64,000 nt of DNA from a bacterium (GCA_965261475.1 OZ253454.1:1516086-1580085); one strand, 5' to 3'; counted from the first letter of the stretch, positions 40,886 to 51,275 are shown. Numbers and translations are program-made. The notes: a model not told the origin generated them from the letters alone.

Positions 40886-42052
40886 GTGCTAGAAAAAATA
40901 AAAATTGCTGAGCAAAACTATTATATTTTAGGGACTGCTCATATTTCTCAAAGTAGCGTAGACGAAGTAGGGCAAGCTATTGAGGAGCTCAAACCAGATG
41001 CTATTTGTGTGGAGCTTTGTCAGACTCGCTACAATAATCTAAGCGCAGAGAATAAGTGGAAAGAATTAGATATTATCAAAGTTATCAAAGAAAAAAAAAG
41101 CGGGTTTTTATTTTCTAGTTTGTTGCTTTCTGCTTTTCAAAAAAAAATGGGCAAACAGCTCGATATTCAGGTAGGAGCAGAAATGATTTATGCTGCAAAA
41201 ATTAGCAAAGAAAAAAATATTCCTCTTTATTTGGTTGATCGGGAAGTTAACATTACTATTCAAAGAACTTGGCGTAGTTTAAGCTTTTGGGCAAAAATAA
41301 AATTAACTAGCCAGCTTTTTATTGGTTTGTTTTTTACTCCACAAATCAAGGTAGAAGATGTAGAAAAAATGAAAGAAAAAGACTTATTAACAGGGATGAT
41401 TGAAGAGTTAGCTCAAAGTTTTCCTAAGCTTAAGCAGGTTTTGATAGATGAGAGAGACGAATATTTAGCAGGCAAAATTTTTGATACTAAAGGTAAAACA
41501 ATTCTTGCGGTTGTTGGCATTGGACATCAAGCAGGAATTTTAAAAAAAATTACAAAATATGGAAAAATAGGATTGCCAAATTTTGCTAAACTAGAAAATA
41601 TACCTATACAAAAAGCCTACTTGATGACGACTATCAAATGGAGCATTCCTACTATTATTTTAGGAATTTTTGTCTATGCTTTTTTTAATTTTGACACTAC
41701 AATTAGTTTAAAATTACTTTGGAATTGGGTACTAGTCAACAGCATTCCTGCTTTTTTTGGAGCAAGTCTGGCGGGAGCAAGTTGGATTACAAGGTTTGTA
41801 GCTCTCGTTGTAGCTCCATTTACTTCTGTTAATCCTACTTTATCTGCGGGCTGGTTAACTGGCTTGTCAGAAGCGATTATCAATAAGCCAAAGGTCAAAG
41901 ATTTTGAGAGTATTTCTGATGATATGTTGTCCTGGGCAAAGATGAGAAAAAATCTTGTTATTCGCATTTTGTTAGTAGTTATGCTAACCAATTTAGGTAG
42001 TGCACTAGGTACTCTAGTAGGCATACCTCTTCTAGCCATTATTCTGGAATAA
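40886..42052 (+). CDS. TraB/PrgY (pheromone shutdown-like) family protein
   Basis: GTG start. It has ILGTAHISQSSV, VELC, ERDEYLA and VVGIGH, plus C-terminal TM segments. Confidence 0.8.
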   Translation: MLEKIKIAEQNYYILGTAHISQSSVDEVGQAIEELKPDAICVELCQTRYNNLSAENKWKELDIIKVIKEKKSGFLFSSLLLSAFQKKMGKQLDIQVGAEMIYAAKISKEKNIPLYLVDREVNITIQRTWRSLSFWAKIKLTSQLFIGLFFTPQIKVEDVEKMKEKDLLTGMIEELAQSFPKLKQVLIDERDEYLAGKIFDTKGKTILAVVGIGHQAGILKKITKYGKIGLPNFAKLENIPIQKAYLMTTIKWSIPTIILGIFVYAFFNFDTTISLKLLWNWVLVNSIPAFFGASLAGASWITRFVALVVAPFTSVNPTLSAGWLTGLSEAIINKPKVKDFESISDDMLSWAKMRKNLVIRILLVVMLTNLGSALGTLVGIPLLAIILE

Positions 42053-42283
42053 AAATTTTTAAATTCATGCAAACAAATTTTTTTTTCTTGCAAATTCATC
42101 TTGTGTATTATACAATAAACAATAGGATTTTTGGTTAAAGCGATATAATTGATGGTTTCTATCAAACAGTTGATGCCTATAGTACGCAGAAAACTCCTTT
42201 TCTTGAAGTTTGAGTCAAATTAATAAAGTTTTCATATTGACTTTGCTTGGCAAGACTAGTCAGTTTATACTTCTTATAATTTT

Positions 42284-42356
42284 AGGTCAGTGGCTCAATT
42301 GGTAGAGCATCGGTCTCCAAAACCGAGGGTTGGGGGTTCAAGTCCCTCCTGACCTG
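42284..42356 (+). tRNA. trnW: tRNA-Trp (anticodon CCA)
   Basis: Cloverleaf read by eye: acceptor AGGTCAG/CTGACCT, anticodon loop CTCCAAA and T-arm GGGGGTTCAAGTCCCTC. It holds the canonical position upstream of secE. Confidence 0.92.
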
Positions 42357-42416
42357 CTTATTTGTATTGGTAGCTCTAAGGTAGAAAGTCATCAAAAATT
42401 TACTTATTGGAATTAA

Positions 42417-42599
42417 ATGTTTAAAAGGATAAAAATTTTTTTTTCGGATATTAAGGCAGAAATGATTAAGGTTACTTGGCCTACTAAGCAACAAACTTAT
42501 AGAAATACTTATGTTGTTTTTATTTTTATTTTATTGATGTCTATATTTTTGGGTATTTTGAATGTTATTTTTGGTCAAATTGTACAATTTGTATTTTAA
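42417..42599 (+). CDS. secE: preprotein translocase subunit SecE
   Basis: 60 aa with a single TM segment and EMIKVTWPTKQQ. It lies between tRNA-Trp and nusG. Confidence 0.85.
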   Translation: MFKRIKIFFSDIKAEMIKVTWPTKQQTYRNTYVVFIFILLMSIFLGILNVIFGQIVQFVF

Positions 42600-42601
42600 T
42601 T

Positions 42602-43213
42602 ATGTCAGAAGAAAAAGTAAAAATGTCAACTACTAATGATGCTAATGGCAAACAACTTGCCAAAGAAAGCTCAAATAAATTCCAGTGGTATGCTTTACAA
42701 TCCTATGCAGGACAAGAAAAAAAAGCCAAGCAACTGATTTTGTATTACTTGCACCTAGAAAAGATGGAGGATTTAATAGAGGAGATTTTTATTCCTGAGG
42801 AGCAAGTTACCACGAAAACGCGAGGAAAAGAAAGAACAAACCTCATCTCTTATTATCCGGGGTATATTTTGATTAAAATGAATTTTACTGAAAATCTTTG
42901 TCATTTGCTTTTACAGACCTCTAAAATATCTGGATTTATAGGCAAGATGAAAGGAGGCAGACCTACCTCTGTTCCTGAGGAAGAAGTTAATTTTATTAAA
43001 CAGCAAATCAAAGACGGCACTAAACAAGCTGCTATCAATTCTACTTATCAAGTAGGACAAAATGTCAGAATTATTGAAGGCTCCTTTAGTGACTTTGTAG
43101 GCTACATTGAGCAAATAAATACAGATAAAAATTCTCTAGTAGTTTCTGTCAATATTTTTGGACGCTCCGTACCAGTAGAGTTAAATTTTGATAAAATTAC
43201 AACCAACAATTAA
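42602..43213 (+). CDS. nusG: transcription termination/antitermination factor NusG
   Basis: The NGN domain has WYALQSYAGQEKKA and the KOW motif is VGQNVRIIEGSFSDFVG. There is a short N-terminal extension. Confidence 0.9.
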   Translation: MSEEKVKMSTTNDANGKQLAKESSNKFQWYALQSYAGQEKKAKQLILYYLHLEKMEDLIEEIFIPEEQVTTKTRGKERTNLISYYPGYILIKMNFTENLCHLLLQTSKISGFIGKMKGGRPTSVPEEEVNFIKQQIKDGTKQAAINSTYQVGQNVRIIEGSFSDFVGYIEQINTDKNSLVVSVNIFGRSVPVELNFDKITTNN

Positions 43214-43225
43214 CAAAAGGTAATT

Positions 43226-43684
43226 ATGGCAAAAAAAAAAGTAAAAGAAATTATTGGCTTAGTAAAGTTGCAAATTAAAGCAGGAGAGGCAAATCCTGCA
43301 CCACCTGTTGGACCTGCGCTAGGTCAAAAGGGCGTAAATATTATGGCATTCTGTAAAGCATTTAATGCTAGAACGCAAAAGGATAAAGGGACTATTATTC
43401 CAGTGATTATTACAGTTTACAAGGATAAATCTTTTGAGTTTATTGTTAAAAAACCTCCAGTAGCAGTATTGATTAAAGATAAAATCAAATTAGCTAAAGG
43501 CTCTGCGCAGCCAAATAGAACAAAGGTAGGTAGTATCACTAAACAACAAATAGAAGAAATAGTAACAGTTAAAATGCCAGATTTGAATTGTTACAATATT
43601 AAATCTGCTTGTAAATTGGTAGCTGGCACTGCAAAGAGCATGGGAATTAATATTCCAGCAGAATACGAAACTCTAAAGAAATAA
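43226..43684 (+). CDS. rplK: 50S ribosomal protein L11
   Basis: It has [34 protein letters not shown]. Confidence 0.95.
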   Translation: MAKKKVKEIIGLVKLQIKAGEANPAPPVGPALGQKGVNIMAFCKAFNARTQKDKGTIIPVIITVYKDKSFEFIVKKPPVAVLIKDKIKLAKGSAQPNRTKVGSITKQQIEEIVTVKMPDLNCYNIKSACKLVAGTAKSMGINIPAEYETLKK

Positions 43685-43686
43685 AA

Positions 43687-44370
43687 ATGACTAAAATAAG
43701 TAAGGCAAAGAAAGCTTGGCTCACAAAAGTAGAAGAAGGTAAGAAGTATTCTCTTCAAGAAGCGATTGCTATACTCAAAGAATTCTCTAAAGTCAAATTT
43801 GATGCAAGCATAGATTTGGTGTTTCGTTTAGGCGTTGATCCTAAAAAAGGAGAGCAGATGATTAAGGGGCATTGCTCTTTACCACATGGAACTGGCAAGG
43901 TAGATAGAGTTTTGGTGTTTGCTAAGGGTGCCAAAGAACAAGAAGCCAAACAAGCAGGGGCGGATTTTTTTGGCTCTACAGAGCTTATTGATAAAATACA
44001 AGGTGGCTGGTTAGAATTTGATCGAGTTGTAGCTACTCCAGATATGATGGCAGAAGTTAGTAAAATTGGTAAAATACTAGGACCTAAAGGTCTGATGCCT
44101 AATCCTAAAATGGATACAGTTACTATGGATGTAGGAGGGGCTGTCAAACGAATTAAGAAAGGTCAAATAGAATTCCGCATAGATAAATCTGCCAATTTAC
44201 ATGTGCTAGTAGGAAAAATTAGTTTTTCAAACCAGCAGATTACAGATAATATTGCAGCTATACTTGAAACAGTAAGAAAATTAAAACCACCAACTTCTAA
44301 GGGTATCTATTTACAAAAACTTTATATTTCTAGCACTATGGGACCTGGTATTGAATTGCAAACACCTTAA
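43687..44370 (+). CDS. rplA: 50S ribosomal protein L1
   Basis: 227 aa. It has FDASIDLVFRLGVDPKK, LGPKGLMPNPK and the usual size and position. Confidence 0.95.
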   Translation: MTKISKAKKAWLTKVEEGKKYSLQEAIAILKEFSKVKFDASIDLVFRLGVDPKKGEQMIKGHCSLPHGTGKVDRVLVFAKGAKEQEAKQAGADFFGSTELIDKIQGGWLEFDRVVATPDMMAEVSKIGKILGPKGLMPNPKMDTVTMDVGGAVKRIKKGQIEFRIDKSANLHVLVGKISFSNQQITDNIAAILETVRKLKPPTSKGIYLQKLYISSTMGPGIELQTP

Positions 44371-44474
44371 AAATTTACCGTAGTGATTTAGTCATCAGTG
44401 CTAAATAAAAGTTAGAGATAGCGTAGTTTAGTATTTTGCCCTGCTAGGTTGTTACTCTATACTTTGCACTTTGC

Positions 44475-45455
44475 ATGTCTCAAAATTTATTCTTACAAAG
44501 TTTTTTAAATGATTGCTTTGCAAGTCATTATAAAGTTGTAGCGCTTTGCGGAGATGGTTCGGCGCGAAAGATCTTCCGTGTCTTTCATCAAAATAAAACT
44601 TTTATTTTAGTTTATTCTCAAAATAAAAAAGAAACCTGTCGGTTTCTTTGTCTATCTAGTGCCTTAAAAAAAAGCAATATAGCTGTTCCTACGATTTACG
44701 CTGTTGACAAAGAGCAAATTTTTTATCTACAAGAAGACTTAGGAGCAAAGAACTTTGCAGAAATTTTAATGGAGCAAACAACTTCCCAAAAACAAATTTT
44801 AGCAAATTATCTAACAATTATAGAAGACCTGCAAAATCTCTATACTAAAAAAGAAGTTTTACAAGAGTGTAATATCAAAGAAAAATTGCAAGAATTATTA
44901 CCAGAGCATATAGTCTATTTTAAAAAATATTTTTTGGGGTACTTTGATAAAAAAAAACAATTTACTACTTTTATTCAAGAAGAAACTAGCTTATTGGTAG
45001 ATATTTTAAGCTCTTATTGTCAAACTACAAAAAGCGGATTAGTAACTAGGGATTTTCAAGCTAGAAATATTTTTTTTTATAAAAACAAAACTTATTTTAT
45101 TGATTATCAAGATATTTGTGAGGGACATATATTCTATGACTTAGCAAGTTTGCTTTTTGCGAGTTTTTCGAAGTTAATACCAAGTACTAGAAAACAACTA
45201 ATTACTAGGCTGACTAAAAATTATTTTTCTAAAGAAAATGATTTTTTTATTTTTTTTTCTTTTGTTTTGATTCGCCGTTTACGCTCCTTAGGCACATATA
45301 CTAAACTAGGTATTATGCAAAAAAAACGCAATTTTCAAAATCATTTTCAAAAAACTTTCCAAGAACTGCTTGCTATTAATGCAGAATACAATGCATACCA
45401 AAGTTTTCCAAAAATTATAAAAATGTTGACCTACTTTTCAAAAATTAACTTATAG
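44475..45455 (+). CDS. APH-fold phosphotransferase, AmgK-like (anomeric MurNAc/GlcNAc kinase-like)
   Basis: The catalytic loop is LVTRDFQARNIFF and the metal loop IDYQDICEGHIFYDLASLL. Both resemble the AmgK subfamily as I remember it. Confidence 0.55.
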   Translation: MSQNLFLQSFLNDCFASHYKVVALCGDGSARKIFRVFHQNKTFILVYSQNKKETCRFLCLSSALKKSNIAVPTIYAVDKEQIFYLQEDLGAKNFAEILMEQTTSQKQILANYLTIIEDLQNLYTKKEVLQECNIKEKLQELLPEHIVYFKKYFLGYFDKKKQFTTFIQEETSLLVDILSSYCQTTKSGLVTRDFQARNIFFYKNKTYFIDYQDICEGHIFYDLASLLFASFSKLIPSTRKQLITRLTKNYFSKENDFFIFFSFVLIRRLRSLGTYTKLGIMQKKRNFQNHFQKTFQELLAINAEYNAYQSFPKIIKMLTYFSKINL

Positions 45456-45477
45456 TTATTTTTAATAAATTTAAATT

Positions 45478-46248
45478 ATGTTAATCGCAATAGATATAGG
45501 CAACACTAATATCTCCATTGGTTTATTTCATCAATCTAGCTTGCTCAAAAGTTGGAGAGCGCAGACTAATGTGCGCGCTACTGTAGACGAATACGCCAAT
45601 TTTATTCTTGCTGTTTTTGCGAGGGATGGCTTTCAAATAAAGAGCGTCAAAGCTGTGGTTTTGGTAAGTGTAGTGCCTATTTTAAATCAAGTTTTTTCCC
45701 AATTGTTTGTTCAAATTTTGCAAAAACCTGTAGATATTTTGCAAGAAGACAATATACCTGTAGTAGATAACTTATATAATCGTCAAGAATTAGGAATAGA
45801 TAGGTTAGTTAATGCGTATGCAGGTTTTCAAAAATATAAGCAATCTTTAATTATTATTGATTTTGGAACTGCCGTGACTTTCGACATAGTAGGAGCAAGA
45901 GGGGAGTACTTAGGAGGCGTTATCATACCTAGTATGTGTGTTGCTGCTGAAGCACTCAGCAACAAAACAGCTAAACTTCCTAAAGTAGATTTTCAAGTGC
46001 CAAAAAAAATAATTGGTAAAAATACTATAGAAAGTATGCATTCTGGTATGTTTTTTGGATATATAGGAATGATAAATTTTTGTATTAAAAAAATTTTTGA
46101 AGAACAAGGACATGCTTCATTAGTAATTGCAACGGGAGGAGATGCAAATTTGTTGAAAAAATATTCTAATATTGATAGCATAGAGCAAGATTTGTCACTT
46201 TGGGGAATCGAAAAAATCTATCAGTTACAAGAAGAACAAATAAAATAA
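45478..46248 (+). CDS. coaX: type III pantothenate kinase
   Basis: It has MLIAIDIGNTN, DFGTAVTFD and ATGG. Confidence 0.9.
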   Translation: MLIAIDIGNTNISIGLFHQSSLLKSWRAQTNVRATVDEYANFILAVFARDGFQIKSVKAVVLVSVVPILNQVFSQLFVQILQKPVDILQEDNIPVVDNLYNRQELGIDRLVNAYAGFQKYKQSLIIIDFGTAVTFDIVGARGEYLGGVIIPSMCVAAEALSNKTAKLPKVDFQVPKKIIGKNTIESMHSGMFFGYIGMINFCIKKIFEEQGHASLVIATGGDANLLKKYSNIDSIEQDLSLWGIEKIYQLQEEQIK

Positions 46249-46256
46249 ATGGAAAA

Positions 46257-47135
46257 ATGTTTCATAAGAATAGATTGTTGGAGGCTCTTAGTCATGATGA
46301 TGAAATGGACTTAAGTCGCAGAGAACTCAAAGAAGTATTATCAGAGCTATCTACTTCTAAAAGAAGAGTGCAAAAGAATTTAGATACTACTGTAGTGAGT
46401 CAAATTTTTAAGTTTCTCATAGGATTGGTAATTTTGATTGCTATTTTGTTTAGTATGTTTATCTTGGGTAGTCGTTATTTATTCCAAGAAAATATAGGTT
46501 TTGATATTACTAATAGGTTGTTCTCAAAGAATTTACAAAAAAAGTTTGATAATGTTTCTAGTTTCTTTTTTAAATCAAAAAACAATGTTAGTAAAAAACC
46601 GCTTACTACTTCTTTGATAAATGCTCCTACTGCCGCACCAGACCAGGATTATTATGTGCAAGTAGCCCTTTGTCAGTACGCAAAATGTAGCAAGGTTTTT
46701 AAAGAAAAACTCAATAATTTAGGCTATGCTCACAAAGTAGTGCAACTAAAAAAAGGTGAAAGCACTTCTTATAAAGAAATTATTAGCGTACAAGCTATGA
46801 GTTTACAAAAAGCACAGAATGTATCAGAGTTTATTAACACGATCAACGATAGAAGCGGTTACGCTAATGTAGTTTCTGTAAATAATGGGTTGTTTAAGGT
46901 TTCTTTGGGTATTTTTCCTAATCCAGATCTTGCAGAAGACCTTAGGAGGTATTACGAAAGTCTTGCCGCGTCAGATTTGGTGCAATTTACTTACAGCGAA
47001 TCTCTTGCATCAACCGAAACTGGTCTCTCAAAAATTTTAGCGGGTCCTTTTACTACAGTAGAAAAAGCAACGCAAGCCTTTCAAACAATCAGAGCAGGTA
47101 AAAATTTAGAAACTTCTTTTATTACTGTCTATTAA
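46257..47135 (+). CDS. membrane-anchored SPOR-domain-like protein
   Basis: It has one TM segment. The C-terminal YYVQVALCQ...FKVSLGIFPNPDLAEDL and LAGPFTTVEKATQAF resemble SPOR repeats. ATG at 46257. Confidence 0.5.
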   Translation: MFHKNRLLEALSHDDEMDLSRRELKEVLSELSTSKRRVQKNLDTTVVSQIFKFLIGLVILIAILFSMFILGSRYLFQENIGFDITNRLFSKNLQKKFDNVSSFFFKSKNNVSKKPLTTSLINAPTAAPDQDYYVQVALCQYAKCSKVFKEKLNNLGYAHKVVQLKKGESTSYKEIISVQAMSLQKAQNVSEFINTINDRSGYANVVSVNNGLFKVSLGIFPNPDLAEDLRRYYESLAASDLVQFTYSESLASTETGLSKILAGPFTTVEKATQAFQTIRAGKNLETSFITVY

Positions 47136-47137
47136 AA

Positions 47138-48217
47138 TTAGTTTTTAGCGTGCAAGAATAGATAATCTCTATGGACTATAGTTAGCCCTTTTTTTTCTGC
47201 TGAGTTTAAAATTTTCTTTAGATTTTGGGAGCTTTCTTTGACCATTCCTACAGCAATTCTAAGGCGAGCTTTATTCAAAATAGAAACAATATCTTTTTCT
47301 CTAAAATCACCTTTTATTTTTTCTATACCTACAGCTAGTAAACTATTTTTTTCTTGTATAGCTTTGACTGCGCCATTGTCTATAAAAATTTTACCTGAAA
47401 TTTTAGCTGCTGTTTGTATCCATTTACCCTTCATAGACAGTCTTTGTCTTTGGTGAGGCACAAAATAAGTTCCGTATCCTTCTTGTGTTACTCCTTTGAG
47501 TAATGAATTTTTTTCTCTACCACTACACAAAATAGTTGGTATGCCGTGAGTAGTGGTGATTTGCGCTGCTTTGACTTTGCTATACATTCCTCCTGTACCT
47601 CCTTTAGAAATACTATGTTTAGCAAAAGAAAGTATTCTTTCATCAATTTTTTCTACTTTTTGGATCAGTTTTGCTTGGCTATTCTTTTTAGGATCTTCTT
47701 GATACAACCCCAAAGTATCACTCAACAATATTATTTTTTCTGCTTCCATCAAAGCAGCTGTTAGCGCTGCTAGTTGATCATTATCTCCAAAAGTGTTTTC
47801 TGTGCTACTAGTTACATCGTTTTCATTGATAATAGGAATAATATTTTGCTCTAGTAAATGGGTTAGCACTTCTTTGGTACTATAGTAAGATTCTTTGTTT
47901 TGAAAATCTCTTTTAGTGAGCAAAGCTTGCGCTATAATAATTTTACTTTTTTGTAGTAAGTGAGTATAAATTTGCAATAATCTGCTTTGCCCTACACTAG
48001 CTAATACTTGTTTTTTGGTGATAGGGTCTGTGATAATAGGAGAAACAATCTCTCTACCAGCTCCTACCGCTCCAGAGCTAACCAGTAGGATTGCATATTT
48101 TTTATGCAATATGATAATTTGTTTGATAATGGCTTTGATGCTATTGTAGTCTAATTTTAAATTAGGTTTTGTTAATAAATTAGTGCCTACTTTGACTAAT
48201 AAAATTGGTTTTTTCAT
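47138..48217 (-). CDS. proB: glutamate 5-kinase (with PUA domain)
   Basis: 359 aa. It has LVKVGTNLLT, SSGAVGAG, NENDV and GTGGM, plus a C-terminal PUA-like segment. Confidence 0.9.
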   Translation of the reverse strand: MKKPILLVKVGTNLLTKPNLKLDYNSIKAIIKQIIILHKKYAILLVSSGAVGAGREIVSPIITDPITKKQVLASVGQSRLLQIYTHLLQKSKIIIAQALLTKRDFQNKESYYSTKEVLTHLLEQNIIPIINENDVTSSTENTFGDNDQLAALTAALMEAEKIILLSDTLGLYQEDPKKNSQAKLIQKVEKIDERILSFAKHSISKGGTGGMYSKVKAAQITTTHGIPTILCSGREKNSLLKGVTQEGYGTYFVPHQRQRLSMKGKWIQTAAKISGKIFIDNGAVKAIQEKNSLLAVGIEKIKGDFREKDIVSILNKARLRIAVGMVKESSQNLKKILNSAEKKGLTIVHRDYLFLHAKN

Positions 48218-48219
48218 AG

Positions 48220-48720
48220 TTAATCGTTAGGTTGTGGGATATCTGATAGTTTTTTAATTCCTAGTACATCTAGTAATTTTGTAGAAGTAGCATAAAGCAA
48301 AGGTTTGCCGACACTATCCCTTCTACCTGCAATACGAATTAGTTTTTTTTGTAGTAAACTTTGTATGGTACTACTACTATCTATGCTCCTTGCTTGATTG
48401 ATATCTTGTTTAGAAATAGGTTGTTTATAAATAATAACTGAAAGAGTTTCCAAAGCAGATTTTGTTAGATATTGTTTTTTGGTTAAAGTATTTTTTTTGA
48501 TCCACGGAGTAAAGATTTGTTTGGTTCTTAATTGGTATCCAGAAGCAATTTGAGTTAATTGAAACGACCTATCTTGGTTTTTATAAAATTTTTTTATTTC
48601 TTGCAAAGTTATTTGAATATCTTTTTTTGATTTTTGAGTTATTTTTTTAAAATCTGCAATAGATAGAGGCTCTGGACTACTAAAGAGCAAAGACTCTATA
48701 ATAAACTCTAGTTTTTCCAC
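48220..48720 (-). CDS. scpB: segregation and condensation protein B
   Basis: 166 aa. It has IESLLFSSPEPLS, SALETLSVIIYKQPISKQDI and GRRDSVGKPLLYATS. Confidence 0.85.
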   Translation of the reverse strand: MEKLEFIIESLLFSSPEPLSIADFKKITQKSKKDIQITLQEIKKFYKNQDRSFQLTQIASGYQLRTKQIFTPWIKKNTLTKKQYLTKSALETLSVIIYKQPISKQDINQARSIDSSSTIQSLLQKKLIRIAGRRDSVGKPLLYATSTKLLDVLGIKKLSDIPQPND

Positions 48721-48729
48721 AGGTTCAAG

Positions 48730-50169
48730 CTATCTGCGCCAGTTATGAAATTTACCTAGCAGGTTTAGAATTTTGTGGGGAGTGTTGGCGCTTTTCCATC
48801 GCCCTGCTACATATTTATTTGCTTCAATCATGGTAGGGTAGGGGTGTATGGTACCTAAGATTTTATTTAAACCTATTTTTGATTGCATAGCTAAAATAAA
48901 TTCTCCTATCATCTCCCCCGCGTTTTGAGCACAGATAGTACAACCCAAAATTTTATCTTTTTTTGGCTCTGTAATTACTTTGATGATTCCTTTATTCTCT
49001 CTATCTGCTATAGCTCGGTCTAAATCGTCAATTCCGTAGCGAGTGACCTCATAATCTATACCCTTTTGTTGACAAGAGATTTCGTTTTCTCCTACTTGTG
49101 CTACTTCTGGGTCGGTATAAGTTACCCAAGGCACTACAGAATAATTTACTTTGAATTTTTTTAGAGGGGTAAAAAGAGCATTAACCGCACAATACCAAGC
49201 TTGGTGAGCTGCCATGTGGGTAAATTGAAAGGGACCTACTACATCTCCACAGCCATAAATATTAGGCACTGTAGTCCTTAAATAATTATCTACTATCAAA
49301 GTACCGTTAGGGTTCAATTTTATTCCTACTTCTGCTAATCCTAACCCTGTTGTGCGAGCTTTTCTTCCTAGACCTAGAAAAATTTTATCAAAAGTTAAGC
49401 TATGCTTTTTTTTGTCTTGTTCGTAATAAACTTTTTCTTCTTTTGAAGTTTTTTCAAACCTGTCTATTTTAGCATTGCCTATAAATTCAATACCATCTTG
49501 AGAGAGAGCATCAATCACAAACTTGGCGATTTCAGGGTCTTCTCGAGGTAAAAGAGTAGGAGCTATATCAATAATACTTACCTTGCTACCTAGTCTTGCA
49601 AAACACTGAGCCAATTCGCATCCTATGGGACCTCCTCCTAAAAATAGCATTCTTTTAGGTAAGTTTTTTAAGTCCCAGATATTATCAGAATGCACATAAT
49701 TTAATTTATCTAGTCCGGGAATGGGAAAAATTGCGGGGGTTGCACCTGTAGCTATCACAATATTTTTAGAGGTAATTTTTTTACCACTAGCTAGTTTGAT
49801 TTCATGATTGGATAGTAGTTCTGCATTTTCTTGGTAGCACTTCACTCCTAATTTTGTATATCTTTTGATGCTATCATGTGGCTCTATTTTTTTGATGACT
49901 TCTTGCACTTGTTTCATCACAGCAGAAAAATTGACCTTGTAACTCACATTTTCTAGCCCATAAATCTTATGTTTTTTAAAACTTTGAATTACTTTTGCAG
50001 TTTTTATAAGAGCCTTACTAGGAACGCAGCCTGTATTTAGACAATCTCCTCCCATTTTGTGTCTTTCGATTAGAGCAACTTTAGCTTTGAGTATAGCTCC
50101 AATATAACTAGTAACTAGTCCAGCAGCCCCTCCGCCGATGGTTACAATATTGTAATCGTACTTTGGCAT
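48730..50169 (-). CDS. FAD-dependent pyridine nucleotide-disulfide oxidoreductase (Lpd/MerA-like class I)
   Basis: It has GGGAAG, the redox centre GGDCLNTGCVPSKAL, the NAD motif GGGPIGCE and a C-terminal HPYPT dimerisation motif. Confidence 0.85.
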   Translation of the reverse strand: MPKYDYNIVTIGGGAAGLVTSYIGAILKAKVALIERHKMGGDCLNTGCVPSKALIKTAKVIQSFKKHKIYGLENVSYKVNFSAVMKQVQEVIKKIEPHDSIKRYTKLGVKCYQENAELLSNHEIKLASGKKITSKNIVIATGATPAIFPIPGLDKLNYVHSDNIWDLKNLPKRMLFLGGGPIGCELAQCFARLGSKVSIIDIAPTLLPREDPEIAKFVIDALSQDGIEFIGNAKIDRFEKTSKEEKVYYEQDKKKHSLTFDKIFLGLGRKARTTGLGLAEVGIKLNPNGTLIVDNYLRTTVPNIYGCGDVVGPFQFTHMAAHQAWYCAVNALFTPLKKFKVNYSVVPWVTYTDPEVAQVGENEISCQQKGIDYEVTRYGIDDLDRAIADRENKGIIKVITEPKKDKILGCTICAQNAGEMIGEFILAMQSKIGLNKILGTIHPYPTMIEANKYVAGRWKSANTPHKILNLLGKFHNWRR

Positions 50170-50323
50170 TATGTATTTCTTGCAAGAGTTAAGATATTTG
50201 ATACTCTATATTTTTTTGGTTATTACTGCAAATTTTTCTAAAATTGTTATTGTTGCTCTTTGAGTGATGGGTACAATTTTACTACAAACTAGAAGATAGC
50301 AATATTAAGAAAAAGCCATATAG

Positions 50324-51094
50324 TTATTTTTTAGTTTCTTGAAGTAATTGTGCCGCGATAGAGATAGCTATTTCTGTAGGATGGTTGGTATCTCCTAGGT
50401 GTAAGCCTATAGGACAAAAAATTTTATTTATCAAATCTTGGTGATATTTTTTTTGAGAGAGTTTTTTTTTAAATCTCAAAGATTTTTTTTGGGAGCCTAC
50501 AATTCCTAGATAAAGAAAGTTTTTTTTATCTAGCACTTGTTCTGCAATAGCAAAATCTAGGCTATGATCGTGAGTCATAATTAGGTAGCAAACATTAGCA
50601 TTAAAATCAACTACTTCGTCTTGGGGGTTTTCAGCAGCAATTGTTTGTACATTGCTTGGAAGTTTTTCTAGCAAATTCTCTCTAGCATCTACTACGGTTA
50701 TTTGATAGGCTAGTGTTTGCAATATGGGGATTAGTGCTTGAGTTAGATGCCCTGCACCAAAAATTATCACAGGAATTTTTTGGAAAAAAAATCCTTCTAG
50801 CAGCAACGATACTGTACCGCCACAACATTGCCCTAAGCTTGCGCTTAAGTGATAGGTTTGCAATTTTTGATTTTGTTTTGTTTCGAGCATTTTTAGTGCT
50901 AACTTGCTGGCTTCCCACTCTAGTTTGCCTCCTCCAATGGAGCCATATTGCTCTTTATCACAAACAATCATTTTTGTACCAGTTTTCCTAGGAGCGGAGC
51001 CGTGGTATTCCAAAATTGTAATTAAGATAAAATCAATTTTATTTTTTTTTAAAAAATAAGCGTTTGTTAACCAGGTATTTTCCATGCGTATCAA
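50324..51094 (-). CDS. XdhC/CoxI-family accessory protein
   Basis: It has an N-terminal XdhC_CoxI segment (GSAPRKTGTKMIV) and a Rossmann-like IIFGAGHLTQAL...VVDAR. Confidence 0.7.
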   Translation of the reverse strand: MIRMENTWLTNAYFLKKNKIDFILITILEYHGSAPRKTGTKMIVCDKEQYGSIGGGKLEWEASKLALKMLETKQNQKLQTYHLSASLGQCCGGTVSLLLEGFFFQKIPVIIFGAGHLTQALIPILQTLAYQITVVDARENLLEKLPSNVQTIAAENPQDEVVDFNANVCYLIMTHDHSLDFAIAEQVLDKKNFLYLGIVGSQKKSLRFKKKLSQKKYHQDLINKIFCPIGLHLGDTNHPTEIAISIAAQLLQETKK

Positions 51095-51275
51095 TTTATT
51101 TTACTACTTGGTAGAAAATTGTTTTTGTGACAATCGTCGCTATATTCTTTTAAAAACCAAATATTTATTTTTGTAAATTTTGATGATCAATAACTAAAAA
51201 CTGATCTAATATTTTGTATGCAAAGTGAGTTTGTTGCTTTGATTTTCTGTGCCTATAATTAGGTAGAGTTTGGTT

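Noticed and set aside
42236-42280. TTGACT and TATAAT hexamers upstream of tRNA-Trp, as its promoter.
   Set aside because: The spacing between them is about 32 nt, and the TATAAT ends only 3 nt before the mature tRNA 5' end. Neither fits a standard sigma-70 promoter, so it was not annotated.
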